DNA of 64,000 nucleotides, taken from assembly GCA_005223125.1 (NCBI GenBank), contig NJBH01000001.1, forward strand, positions 32,001 to 96,000, in the 5' to 3' direction. Source of the DNA: Promethearchaeota archaeon Loki_b32. Its GTDB lineage: Archaea; Asgardarchaeota; Lokiarchaeia; Sigyniarchaeales; SOKP01. The notes beneath the pieces are model-generated. The model was given only the letters and a program-made list of their open reading frames with translations. It had not been told where the DNA came from and did not search any database. Position 1 is the stretch's first letter. Every line of letters starts with the position of its first letter. Made by a program: the position numbers and the translations under genes. Positions 29,647-39,214 of this stretch are shown here, piece after piece.

Positions 29647-30909
29647 ATGAAAATGATTACTGGTGTAGATATTTTAGATGAAGAGATAAAAGAAAAATTA
29701 AGAACAGAAAATATTTATAAAATATTTAATAATTTTATAATTCCACTTATAACAGAGGAAGAACGGGAATTTTTGGAGGAATTGGAGCGATTTTTACTCA
29801 AGGAAATTGAACCTAAAATGAATTTAAGTGAGGAAGTGTACGAACTTTTTCCAATCCTAGGCAAGAAAAACTACATCCAGAGATTAAATCCTTATGGAGA
29901 TTCTGAAAGGTATAACATGCGCTATGAAATGCTTTTAGCAATGGCGACATCGATTATTGATCCCGAGTTAGATTTGTCAAGAGTGGTCACTGGGGTAATA
30001 TTTGCCAATCCATTGTTTCAATTTGGCAGGGGAGATAGAATATCTGAGATTTTGAATGACATTATCACGGGCAAAAAGATTGGGTGTATTTGTATCACTG
30101 AAAGAAAGCACGGATCTGATGCTGTTAATATGGAAACTATGGTTAGTGATAAAGGAGATCATTTACTTTTCACTGGAGAAAAATTATATACGACTAATGG
30201 TCCAGTAGCAGATTATTTTATAGTATATGGAGTCTCAGATATCTCAGATCCACGAGGAACCATGTATCAAGCAATTGCGGAAAGAGGGTATGAAGGATTG
30301 ATAACAAATAGACTTGGCATTCAATCAGTTCCACGAGTACAAATTGGCCAAACTCTTTTTAATTCTGTGAAAATCCCAAGAGAAAATATCCTTGGAGACA
30401 AAGGGCAAGGGTATAAAAATTTATTTTCTGGGCTTGTAGCGGAAAGATGTTCGATCATTGGGTCTAGTTTAGGGATTGGGTGGTTAACTGCAATTACAGG
30501 TCTTATTTATACAAACTTAAGAATTCAATTTGGCCGACCTCTATATGATTTTCAAGGAGTTTCGCTTCCGCAAACCCAGAATTTTATTGAACTCATGGCA
30601 GCTACAGAACTTGGTTTTAAGTCAGCTTCAGAGTATAACAAGACAATTGAGCGAAAACATTTCGATCAACAGAAATTCATTAAATATAATGCAGCATTTA
30701 GTTCAGGTACAAAATATCTTGCGTCACACCTAGCCCATAAAATATCATATGAGACTCAACAATTATGTGGAGGTATTGCGTTTACAGATAACCTGCGAAT
30801 TGATAAAGCCTTAGAAGTCGCTAAAGTTCAGGAAATAATAGGAGGTGCTCGAAATATTCAGCTCTATTTAGTTAGTAGAGCTATTAAAGATATGATTTTT
30901 CTACTATAA
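29647..30909 (+). CDS. Acyl-CoA dehydrogenase
   Basis: ITERKHGSDA; GEKLYTTNG; RIQFGRPL; QLCGG; EIIGGARNIQ. Confidence 0.92.
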   Translation: MKMITGVDILDEEIKEKLRTENIYKIFNNFIIPLITEEEREFLEELERFLLKEIEPKMNLSEEVYELFPILGKKNYIQRLNPYGDSERYNMRYEMLLAMATSIIDPELDLSRVVTGVIFANPLFQFGRGDRISEILNDIITGKKIGCICITERKHGSDAVNMETMVSDKGDHLLFTGEKLYTTNGPVADYFIVYGVSDISDPRGTMYQAIAERGYEGLITNRLGIQSVPRVQIGQTLFNSVKIPRENILGDKGQGYKNLFSGLVAERCSIIGSSLGIGWLTAITGLIYTNLRIQFGRPLYDFQGVSLPQTQNFIELMAATELGFKSASEYNKTIERKHFDQQKFIKYNAAFSSGTKYLASHLAHKISYETQQLCGGIAFTDNLRIDKALEVAKVQEIIGGARNIQLYLVSRAIKDMIFLL

Positions 30910-31135
30910 TTAAAACAAATTTATTTAAAGACTACTATTTAGTTGAATATATTAAACCACTGTTCATAGAAATTTTTAATACTGAGGAGAAAAAATAATA
31001 TTACTAAAAATTGAGTAATTGAAAGTTCCACATTTTGGAAAGGTTTGGGATATTTTCTTTCATATTTTTGGCTTACATATAAAAGGTTTATAACATTAAC
31101 ATTAACATACTCTTTATATTTGAGATTATTATTTA

Positions 31136-31363
31136 ATGAGCAACATGGAGAAATCAAACGCAATATCAGATATGTTAAAGGGATTGAAGGAGATTAAAGA
31201 AGAAGAGAAAACTGAATTGCCTAATTGCGAATTCTGTGGTAAAAGCATCTCGGGCACTAAGTGGAATAAGGAATATCATCATATTAATATTTGTCAAAAA
31301 CCAGAAAAACGATTTTTTTGTTCCCGTCAATGCAAATTAAAATGGGTTTTTAAAAATTTTTGA
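31136..31363 (+). CDS. Small zinc-finger (TRASH-like) protein, paralog 1
   Basis: CEFCG...HHINIC...FFCSRQCK. Confidence 0.75.
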   Translation: MSNMEKSNAISDMLKGLKEIKEEEKTELPNCEFCGKSISGTKWNKEYHHINICQKPEKRFFCSRQCKLKWVFKNF

Positions 31364-31581
31364 TTTTATTTTGTTGATAATTGCTTGATATTCCAGAGGT
31401 ATTTTTGATTATAGTTCTAATGTATAAAATCATGGTATATGATTAATTTTGATGTTTTAGAGTACGATCTCGGTAATAATTTTAACATAACTACTGATAG
31501 ATTTAGTTGTTCATATAGGGGATACTATCTTATTTCAGGTATGGTTATGTATATAACGGGTAAAAAGAAATTAGGAGCATA

Positions 31582-32289
31582 GTGATTATGAGTAATGATG
31601 GTTTACCACAGACACGTAAAAAGGAGCAACAAATTCCGCGTTTACAAATAGCTTTGGATTTTGAAAGATTAGATGATGCCTTGGCGATGGCAAAAGAAGT
31701 AGCTCCTTTTATAGATATTTTGGAAGCTGGAACTCCTTTAATAAAATCTGAGGGTATGCGAGCCATTCAAGCATTAAAGAAGGCACACCCGGATAAGTTA
31801 GTTTGTGCAGATTTAAAAACTGCAGATGCTGGATATCTTGAAGTACGAATGGCTGCCCAAGCGAAAGCTGATATTGTCACAATACTTGCAGATGCTTATG
31901 ATATTACAATCAAGGAGGCTTTACGTGCAGCACATGACTTTCACATAGAAATCATGGCAGATCTTATCATGTCTCGATCACCGACTATCAGATTAGCAGG
32001 CCTCATAGACCTTAATTATAAAGACACAAAATTACATTATGCCCTTGTGCATAGCGGCTTAGATCGTCAAGCATCACGACGAGCTCCATTGTTAGAGTTA
32101 GAATTAGTAGCACGGTTACGAGACCATCCACGACTAGCAATAGCAGGTGGGATAAGAGTCGACGATATTCCTAAATTATTAGCTTTTCCACTGGATATCA
32201 TTATTGTAGGGGGAGGAATTATTCGTGCGAAAAATGCATACAACGCAGCAGAGGACATTCGAAAAGCTATTTATAAGTATTCTATATGA
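31582..32289 (+). CDS. hxlA: 3-hexulose-6-phosphate synthase (OMPDC/HUMPS fold)
   Basis: LQIALD; EAGTPLIKSEG; ADLKTADAGYLE; AIAGGI. Confidence 0.88.
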   Translation: MIMSNDGLPQTRKKEQQIPRLQIALDFERLDDALAMAKEVAPFIDILEAGTPLIKSEGMRAIQALKKAHPDKLVCADLKTADAGYLEVRMAAQAKADIVTILADAYDITIKEALRAAHDFHIEIMADLIMSRSPTIRLAGLIDLNYKDTKLHYALVHSGLDRQASRRAPLLELELVARLRDHPRLAIAGGIRVDDIPKLLAFPLDIIIVGGGIIRAKNAYNAAEDIRKAIYKYSI

Positions 32290-32728
32290 AGAAGACGATT
32301 TACACTTGAGGGAGAGTGTGTTCTAGATTAGGAGTATTAAAAATTTAACATATTATTATGTCTCCATTATAATTTGGGAACGTTAGAAATAAATCTTTAA
32401 AAGATATTTGGCAAAAAATGATACAGCATCCTGCTTATAATCATCGAAGTACTTTTTGTATAATGCAGCATTCATGATTTAGACATTTTTATATTGATCC
32501 CATACCAAACAACTCTACACTTCCTTATGATATTGAAAGGCTCCCTCAGGGGGATTACATGTGAAATAGTCCCAGCATTATCTACAGCACTTAAAAAAGT
32601 CTATTTAAAGTTGCTTACACAAGTCGGAATATATAAATTACCATTTTTTTTTAATAATTAAAAGGTTATATATAAAATGTTATTCTCATTCACATTAGCA
32701 TATTAGTAAAATAAGGAATTATTATTCA

Positions 32729-32938
32729 ATGAACAACATAGACCCCTTTGAGGAATTAAAAGAGATCAATCAAAAAGAGGAAAAAATGGCTTATTGTGAA
32801 TCCTGTGGTAGAAGCATCAGGAATAATAAGTGGAAGAAGCAACATCACCATATCAATATTTGTCAACACCCCATAAAACGATTTTTCTGTTCCCGTCAAT
32901 GTAAGTTAAAATGGGTTTTTAAGAAAGTAAAAGTCTAA
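32729..32938 (+). CDS. Small zinc-finger protein, paralog 2
   Basis: CESCG...HHINICQHP...FFCSRQCKLKWVFK. Confidence 0.75.
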   Translation: MNNIDPFEELKEINQKEEKMAYCESCGRSIRNNKWKKQHHHINICQHPIKRFFCSRQCKLKWVFKKVKV

Positions 32939-33397
32939 TTTAATTCAGAATAAGTATTTCCTCTATTACAGTCCGGAATTAATTAAAGCCAAGGATTGCT
33001 TATGCGGCTTAAATAGTATTTACACATATATTTCTATCATAACGATAGAATTTTTGACCTTTTAATATTTTTATGAAAAGTTATATAACTTTTTCTTCAT
33101 CCGGTTTTTTATTATGCGTGTTTTCCTTAGGAGATTCAAAAAATAATGATTTTTTCACGTTGAATTCAATCCTTTGTAATGTATCTTGTAATTCCAAGCC
33201 TCATCATAAAAATCTTCGTTTGAACTACTCATAAACTCTCAATAAGAATAAGTTCTGAATAATATATAAAAACTTTTAGATGAAATTAAAAGAAATTTAT
33301 TCATTTTAGTGAGGGATGAATTGGGGATAATTATTCCTCAATCCTTTTTATAATAATTCAATAATGATCCAATGATACAAATTTAGAGGAAAAAACT

Positions 33398-34282
33398 ATG
33401 AAAAAATTTGGTAAGATAGTATTAAGTGCCTTTACATTGATGATGGTATTTACATTGATGATGTCTATTAATGTAAATGCCACAGGACACCCCGATGAGA
33501 TAGTTGAAGTTCCTGGAGATTCAATTAAAACACAATTGCAAAGCAACATTATGACTACATTTCGATTTCGTGAAAGAACTCAATTAACTTTATATGCTAA
33601 TGTAGATTTGGATTTAGATATTAATTGTGAAGCTTTAAGAATTGCAGAAAAAGATTTTATGATTGAAATTGAAGGAGGACACCATCTTAAATTGACTATG
33701 ACTTGTACTAGGGAGGAAAATCAATTAGGATTAATGGATGGTAACACAATGAGAGTAAGAAATCGAAATACCTATAGATACTTAGAAGGATTCTGTATTT
33801 CGATTGAATGTGAGCCAAAATATGATTGTCAATGTAATTGTGAATGTCAATGTTTAAATGAATGTCAATGTGTTTGTGATTGTGAATGCCAATGCCAAAA
33901 TGATTGTCAATGTGTTTGTGATTGTGAATGTCAGTGTTTAAATGAATGCCAATGCCAAAATGAATGTCAATGCATTTGTAATTGTGGAGAAGAGCAATGC
34001 TTTTTAAAAGCTCGATTAAGAATAAGGGAAACTAGCCAAAACCGAGCTGGTCAATGGGCTTATTATAATGAAAATAATGAAGAATGGGTCACAGTTCCAA
34101 CAGTGGTGGAGGATGGATATTTAACTGCTGAGACAACTCATTTTTCAACCTGGACAGTGTTAATACCTACAGTAGCTACAAATGGAAATACTTCATTAAT
34201 CCTTGGAAGTAGTGTTTCTATTGCTGTTATTGGTGCTATAATAGGGATTTCTGTTATATATACTAAAAAAAGGAAAATATAA
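33398..34282 (+). CDS. Secreted, C-terminally anchored protein with CxC repeat insert
   Basis: Signal peptide; Cys tract; ETTHFSTW; C-terminal TM followed by KKRK. Confidence 0.85.
   Translation: MKKFGKIVLSAFTLMMVFTLMMSINVNATGHPDEIVEVPGDSIKTQLQSNIMTTFRFRERTQLTLYANVDLDLDINCEALRIAEKDFMIEIEGGHHLKLTMTCTREENQLGLMDGNTMRVRNRNTYRYLEGFCISIECEPKYDCQCNCECQCLNECQCVCDCECQCQNDCQCVCDCECQCLNECQCQNECQCICNCGEEQCFLKARLRIRETSQNRAGQWAYYNENNEEWVTVPTVVEDGYLTAETTHFSTWTVLIPTVATNGNTSLILGSSVSIAVIGAIIGISVIYTKKRKI
33827..33985 (+). repeat. Coding tandem repeat (CxC)n, ~42-nt/14-aa unit
   Basis: CQCNCECQC-LNE-CQCVCDCECQC-QND-CQCVCDCECQC-LNE-CQC-QNE-CQCICNC; 23 Cys. Confidence 0.9.
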
Positions 34283-34359
34283 AGAATAATTTATAACTAA
34301 TTTTTTTTTAATTTTTTAAATAATTAAATATCATAAAAAGAAAAAAGATACCAATTTAA

Positions 34360-35046
34360 TTGATGAGTATGTCTCTATCGTTCGAGCTAGTTTTAGCTTA
34401 TATGATTTTAATTCCATTCATTATAGCAAATATTTTTTTCGCGATGGGATCACTTTTTCAAAATAAAACCGCTAAATTTCTGCAAAGAGCTCTTAAAGTA
34501 GAGGAAAAATTTAGTAAATCTCAGAATAAAAGATATAAAGTATTTAAGTATGTGAATTTCATTATTTGGTTAATAGTTGGAATAGTAAATGTGTTTAGTT
34601 TAGATAATCTAATTTCAATAGGGGCTATATTAGTTTTATTTGCGTTTCGTAGTGGAATTACTCTAAGCAAGCGTTTTATTTTTGGAATTCATGATATAAG
34701 AGTTATGAAACTACATTTATCAGACAAGAAAATTACTAAAATTATTTCTCGAGTTGTTAAAATTGGTATCATTATCGAATTGATGTTTATCTTCATGTGG
34801 GGAATTTTGTATAAATATCTCAGCGTATCAGTTAAAACAACTTTGGGTATTGAAGTGAATGTTTTAGTAATGATTCTTTGGAGTACCGGTTTTATCTATG
34901 GAATTGTTTTCTCATTAATCCTGAGTGTTTTTTCAAAAGATATTATCCTTACAAATGAAATAGGAATTGTTTTATTACTATCGGGAGAGTTTGTTAGAGA
35001 AAAGATAAAGAAAACTAAATTTATTCCGAAATTTTTTAAGCACTGA
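34360..35046 (+). CDS. Membrane protein
   Basis: About 5 TM segments. Confidence 0.7.
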   Translation: MMSMSLSFELVLAYMILIPFIIANIFFAMGSLFQNKTAKFLQRALKVEEKFSKSQNKRYKVFKYVNFIIWLIVGIVNVFSLDNLISIGAILVLFAFRSGITLSKRFIFGIHDIRVMKLHLSDKKITKIISRVVKIGIIIELMFIFMWGILYKYLSVSVKTTLGIEVNVLVMILWSTGFIYGIVFSLILSVFSKDIILTNEIGIVLLLSGEFVREKIKKTKFIPKFFKH

Positions 35047-35159
35047 GATTTTTCGTAAGGATTTTTTTTTAAAAATTAAATTAATTCACGAGATACTATC
35101 AAAGATATCTATAAATTAAAATCATAAAATATTTATGACCCCCAACTTTTAAATTAGTA

Positions 35160-35876
35160 ATGAATCCAAAAAAAGACAAAAACGACAATGAGTCGTGCCA
35201 ATCCACTATTAATCCCGGCGAGTGGAAGGGAAGAACAATAGAAATTGATGATGCTGGGACTGGAGATCTCGTCGGAGATGCTTTCATTGGCTTTCGAGAC
35301 ACGGAGACCGGAAAGATTATATTTCAATCAGTTCCCGTGGGGCTCTATAATGAAGAAAATAAGGACGATGATCGCCCGAACATACATATAGTAAATGTTA
35401 TAATCAAAGCTCTTAGAAAACTTAATCATGAAAAGGGAGATAGAATCCTTTTATGTAGGGGTAATTGTTTCAATCTTGTTAGAGAATTTTTTAATGAGAA
35501 TGATATTTATTACGAGCCTGCAATCGTTGAAGGAGAACTTCAAGATGCCGTAGAAGGTAGATATATTCAACACCTTCGAAAGCTCGGAGTATCTTCTAGT
35601 AATCTTAAGAAAGAATCTGGTATACAAAGATATTTTATCTTATTTAATTGGGTTTGCCAGGATTTTCCAAATCGTGAACGTTTCGTCAAGACGGGATTCC
35701 CATCTTGGAAAAAGAAATGGAGAAAGATCGCTATAAAGAGATATAAGAAATATCAAAGGAACAAACCTACTGAAAGAGATAATATCAAAGGAAGAGCAAA
35801 TATAAAATATGAGCTTAAGCTTGAGAATCCTATTTCTATCAGAGAATCTACTTCTAAGAGTCAAAAAAATAGATAA
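35160..35876 (+). CDS. Hypothetical protein with RNase H-like N-terminal motif
   Basis: IEIDDAGTGDLVG resembles the RNase HII strand-1 motif GIDEAGRG. Confidence 0.5.
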   Translation: MNPKKDKNDNESCQSTINPGEWKGRTIEIDDAGTGDLVGDAFIGFRDTETGKIIFQSVPVGLYNEENKDDDRPNIHIVNVIIKALRKLNHEKGDRILLCRGNCFNLVREFFNENDIYYEPAIVEGELQDAVEGRYIQHLRKLGVSSSNLKKESGIQRYFILFNWVCQDFPNRERFVKTGFPSWKKKWRKIAIKRYKKYQRNKPTERDNIKGRANIKYELKLENPISIRESTSKSQKNR

Positions 35877-35989
35877 TATTTTTTGCTCTTTTTATAAAAA
35901 TAGTAATAGTTAAAATTATTATTATCAAAGAACTTTTTTTTAATATTATATGATAATTTTCCTTTTGTAGGAGTAAGAGGAGGTTTGAA

Positions 35990-36490
35990 TTGGAACGAGT
36001 TATAGTTTTTATAGATAATAGCAACATTTTCAAGGGTTTTAGGAAATATAATATCAAAGCTGACTATGAAAAGCTGAAAAACTTCATAGTACGTAGCCGA
36101 GAATTAGAAGCCATATTTTTATATGAGGGTGCTGTATATCCTATGAGTCCAGAGAAGAAGAAGTGGTATAAAGAGTTGACTATTCGAAGCGGATATATAA
36201 TTAGAACGAGTTTTGATAAGATTGCGTCGAATGTCGCCACAGAAAAGAAAGTTGACATTAACATCGCGATTGATATCATCTCTCTTGCGTATGAAAATGC
36301 GTATGATACAGCGGTTTTACTATCTGGAGATGGCGATTTTGTTCCAGTTGTTAAGAAGGTAAAAGAATTGAATAAAAATATGGAAATTTGGGCTTTCAGA
36401 TATTCATTAGCAAATACTTTAAAGGACGAGCTAAATCCTAAGAACCTATTTTATCTTGATGATATTTTGAATAAGATAGAAATTTCCTGA
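35990..36490 (+). CDS. NYN (LabA/DUF88) domain protein
   Basis: FIDNSN; EKKVDI; LLSGDGDFVP. Confidence 0.92.
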   Translation: MERVIVFIDNSNIFKGFRKYNIKADYEKLKNFIVRSRELEAIFLYEGAVYPMSPEKKKWYKELTIRSGYIIRTSFDKIASNVATEKKVDINIAIDIISLAYENAYDTAVLLSGDGDFVPVVKKVKELNKNMEIWAFRYSLANTLKDELNPKNLFYLDDILNKIEIS

Positions 36491-36525
36491 AAAACCTTCA
36501 GAAATTGCATAAAAGTAGATAAGGG

Positions 36526-38640
36526 TTACTTTTGCTTTTTCAATTTCAATATGATAATTGAAATCCCTAAAATCGCTCCTATTATCATAAATAAATTATA
36601 TCCTGAAATTTGTTGTTGAGGGGGATATCTTTTTTTCACAAGTACACTCTCAATACCTATATTCCCTGGTCTATCTTGAGCGTAAAAGGTTATTAAAATA
36701 TCTCCCCCATGAATATTGTACCAAATGCTTTGATTTATTACACCATTTAATTCAGAAAAAGTTATATTTGTGATCCCTCCATCTAATGAATACCACATAG
36801 ATTCTAAATTAAGTTCATCAATAGAAATTTGAAAAGTTGGAGCTTTTGTTTCAAAAACATCATTGTTATTTGGTGATGTTATTATAATTATTGGAGCAGT
36901 TGTATCTTTTTCAATTTTTATATTGGTAAAACCTAGATATCCAAGTGAATCATTAGCATAAAATTGAATTGTGACTTGTCCGTCATTGAGTTCAGTCCAT
37001 GCAGTTTGATTAATTTGCTCTAGAGTTCCATAAAAAGTATAATTAGTATCCCCTCCATCGATCGTGTACCAGGTTCTATTTATTGGAGATAGATCATGGA
37101 TTGTAATATTGAATGTAGGAGCTATGAAACCATAGATTTGATTTAGAGATGGAGAGTTGATTATAATCTCAGGAGCAGTCAAATTTTTGACCACAACCAC
37201 CTCTGATTTTCCTATATATCCCCTCGAATCATTTGCATAGAAAATAATTTCGATTGGACCCTCTGGAGCATTACTCCATTCAGTTTGATTAATTACTCCT
37301 GCTAATCCTGTGAAAGTAATGTTTTTTATACCATCATCAATAGAATACCATTTTGAATCTGCAATACCTTCATCTATTGATATCTCAAAATATGGTGAAT
37401 TTTCATAGGTTTCATTAACATTAGGATAAGTTATCGAAATTACTGGAGCATCCCACCAAATAGGTAAAAAGTCATAATTATCACCATACTTACCATAAAG
37501 ATAATAAGGTTCTTCTCCTACTCCATCATCATTTTCATCTTTACCTTGATAATCATCCCAGAAATTACCAATATATGAATTGTTCCAGTCATTAAAACCA
37601 CTTCCATAACTACGAGCATTTATTTGATTCTTAAGAAAAGTATTGTTGTAAAAGAGATTGTAAGCTCCTTGTATAATATACACTCCATGATCGGTATTAT
37701 TTTTCAAAATATTTTGAAAAATTATATTAAAGTTTGCTTCATCGAAGTCTATCCCATTTTCAGAACTATTATAAATTTTATTACCTTTTACTATGTTTTG
37801 GTGAGCAAGAGTTAAAAAAATACCATTACTTCGGCTATTATAAATTTTATTTTTTAAAATCTTGTTATTGCTTCCATAAACGTGAACCCCATGTTCACGG
37901 TTATTAATAATAGTGTTGTTTAATACAACATTGTTTTGACCAACGATATATATACCATTTTCCTCATAATGAGTCCCATTGCCATTATTGATTAATATAT
38001 TTCTCGTAATATTATTGTCGTTGCACCAACTGTTTAATACTCCATGACCATTGTAAGAAATATTATTATTGTCAATGAGATTATGATGAGCAGCACCATA
38101 AAAATATACTCCCCTAAAATTATAGCATAAATCATTTTCTACTACAGTATTGTTGTTACTATTTCCGTCTATTCTTATTCCATTACCGTAATTGTTTGAA
38201 ATAATATTATTCCTAATCAAACCATTTCTAGTGGCACTAATTTTAAGTCCAGCTGAAGAAGCTTTAAGTAATGTGCAATTTCTAATTATAAAGTAAGCGC
38301 TTGACGCCTCAATAGAGATGCAAGTACTTGAACCACTACCGTTTATTAAGATATTTTATAGTAAGTAAGGGGGGCTCCAAGTACCTCCTCCTGAACACCA
38401 TGGTTCTATAACTGCTTCTTCCCAAGTATAATTTCCATATCCCTGATCGTCAATAATAAAAGGATTAAGAATCCAGTATCCACTTTTTTTAAGATTTGAG
38501 AAATTTTCATTTTTTAGACTATCATTTGAATATATATTTCTATCAATGATACTATATGAAATTTGAAAAGATAATACAATAATTATAATTAATAATATGA
38601 AGCACTTTACTTTTCTGAGAGAATTCATAGTTTTATACAT
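36526..38640 (-). pseudogene. Surface protein (NosD/parallel beta-helix, Ig-like repeats, sorting tail) with in-frame TAA at 38356-38358
   Basis: The two ORFs share a frame: GTWSPPYLL*NILINGSG...; GNFWDDY; tail ISGY-TM-KLKKQK. Confidence 0.8.
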
Positions 38641-39214
38641 TCCGGATTTTTATATTAAGAAATATCATTATCATATTTTAAATTTACCTTTTTAAAATCT
38701 GTCATATACCAACTCGCTAATCCCCCTATACCCTATATAGTTATATTAAAAAGGCAGATCATCAAAATAAATAACATAAAAAGTTTAAAATGATTAAGAC
38801 CAAAGTAAAAACATATAAATTTAATAGAGACATCTCTTGCTATAATATTTATAAGATGTTCTCATAATTTCACATTAATATTGAAATGCAAGGGCTTTAT
38901 TTGAAAAAATATAGATTGTTAATATTTATCTACATCATTTTAATATTAGGATTAGGTTTTCCAAAAAATATAAAGTAAAAGGGATCAACATCAGTTTAAA
39001 ATTTAATAGATAATATCTTAGATAGAAGCTTTTTATATCCTTTTTTAATGAGGATTTTCAACGTTGATTTATTTTATACAATACATTTTTTCATATATGA
39101 TATTCTCGCATTAATTTTCTTTTGAAAGCACCTCAACAGACATTTAGTATATTTTTTGCAGATTTTGATTTTCACCATATTCATTTAAATACTTTCAAGA
39201 AATAATAAACTATT

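Noticed and set aside
20548-30909. Gene-end duplicates as DGR template/variable repeats
   Set aside because: Mismatches are not adenine-specific in either direction, are mostly synonymous in the ACAD pair, and no reverse transcriptase is in the window
32400-33230. Further coding-like debris (32400-32580, 33130-33230)
   Set aside because: Too degraded to assign a family
33827-33985. CRISPR array
   Set aside because: Coding tandem repeat with no unique spacers; no cas genes
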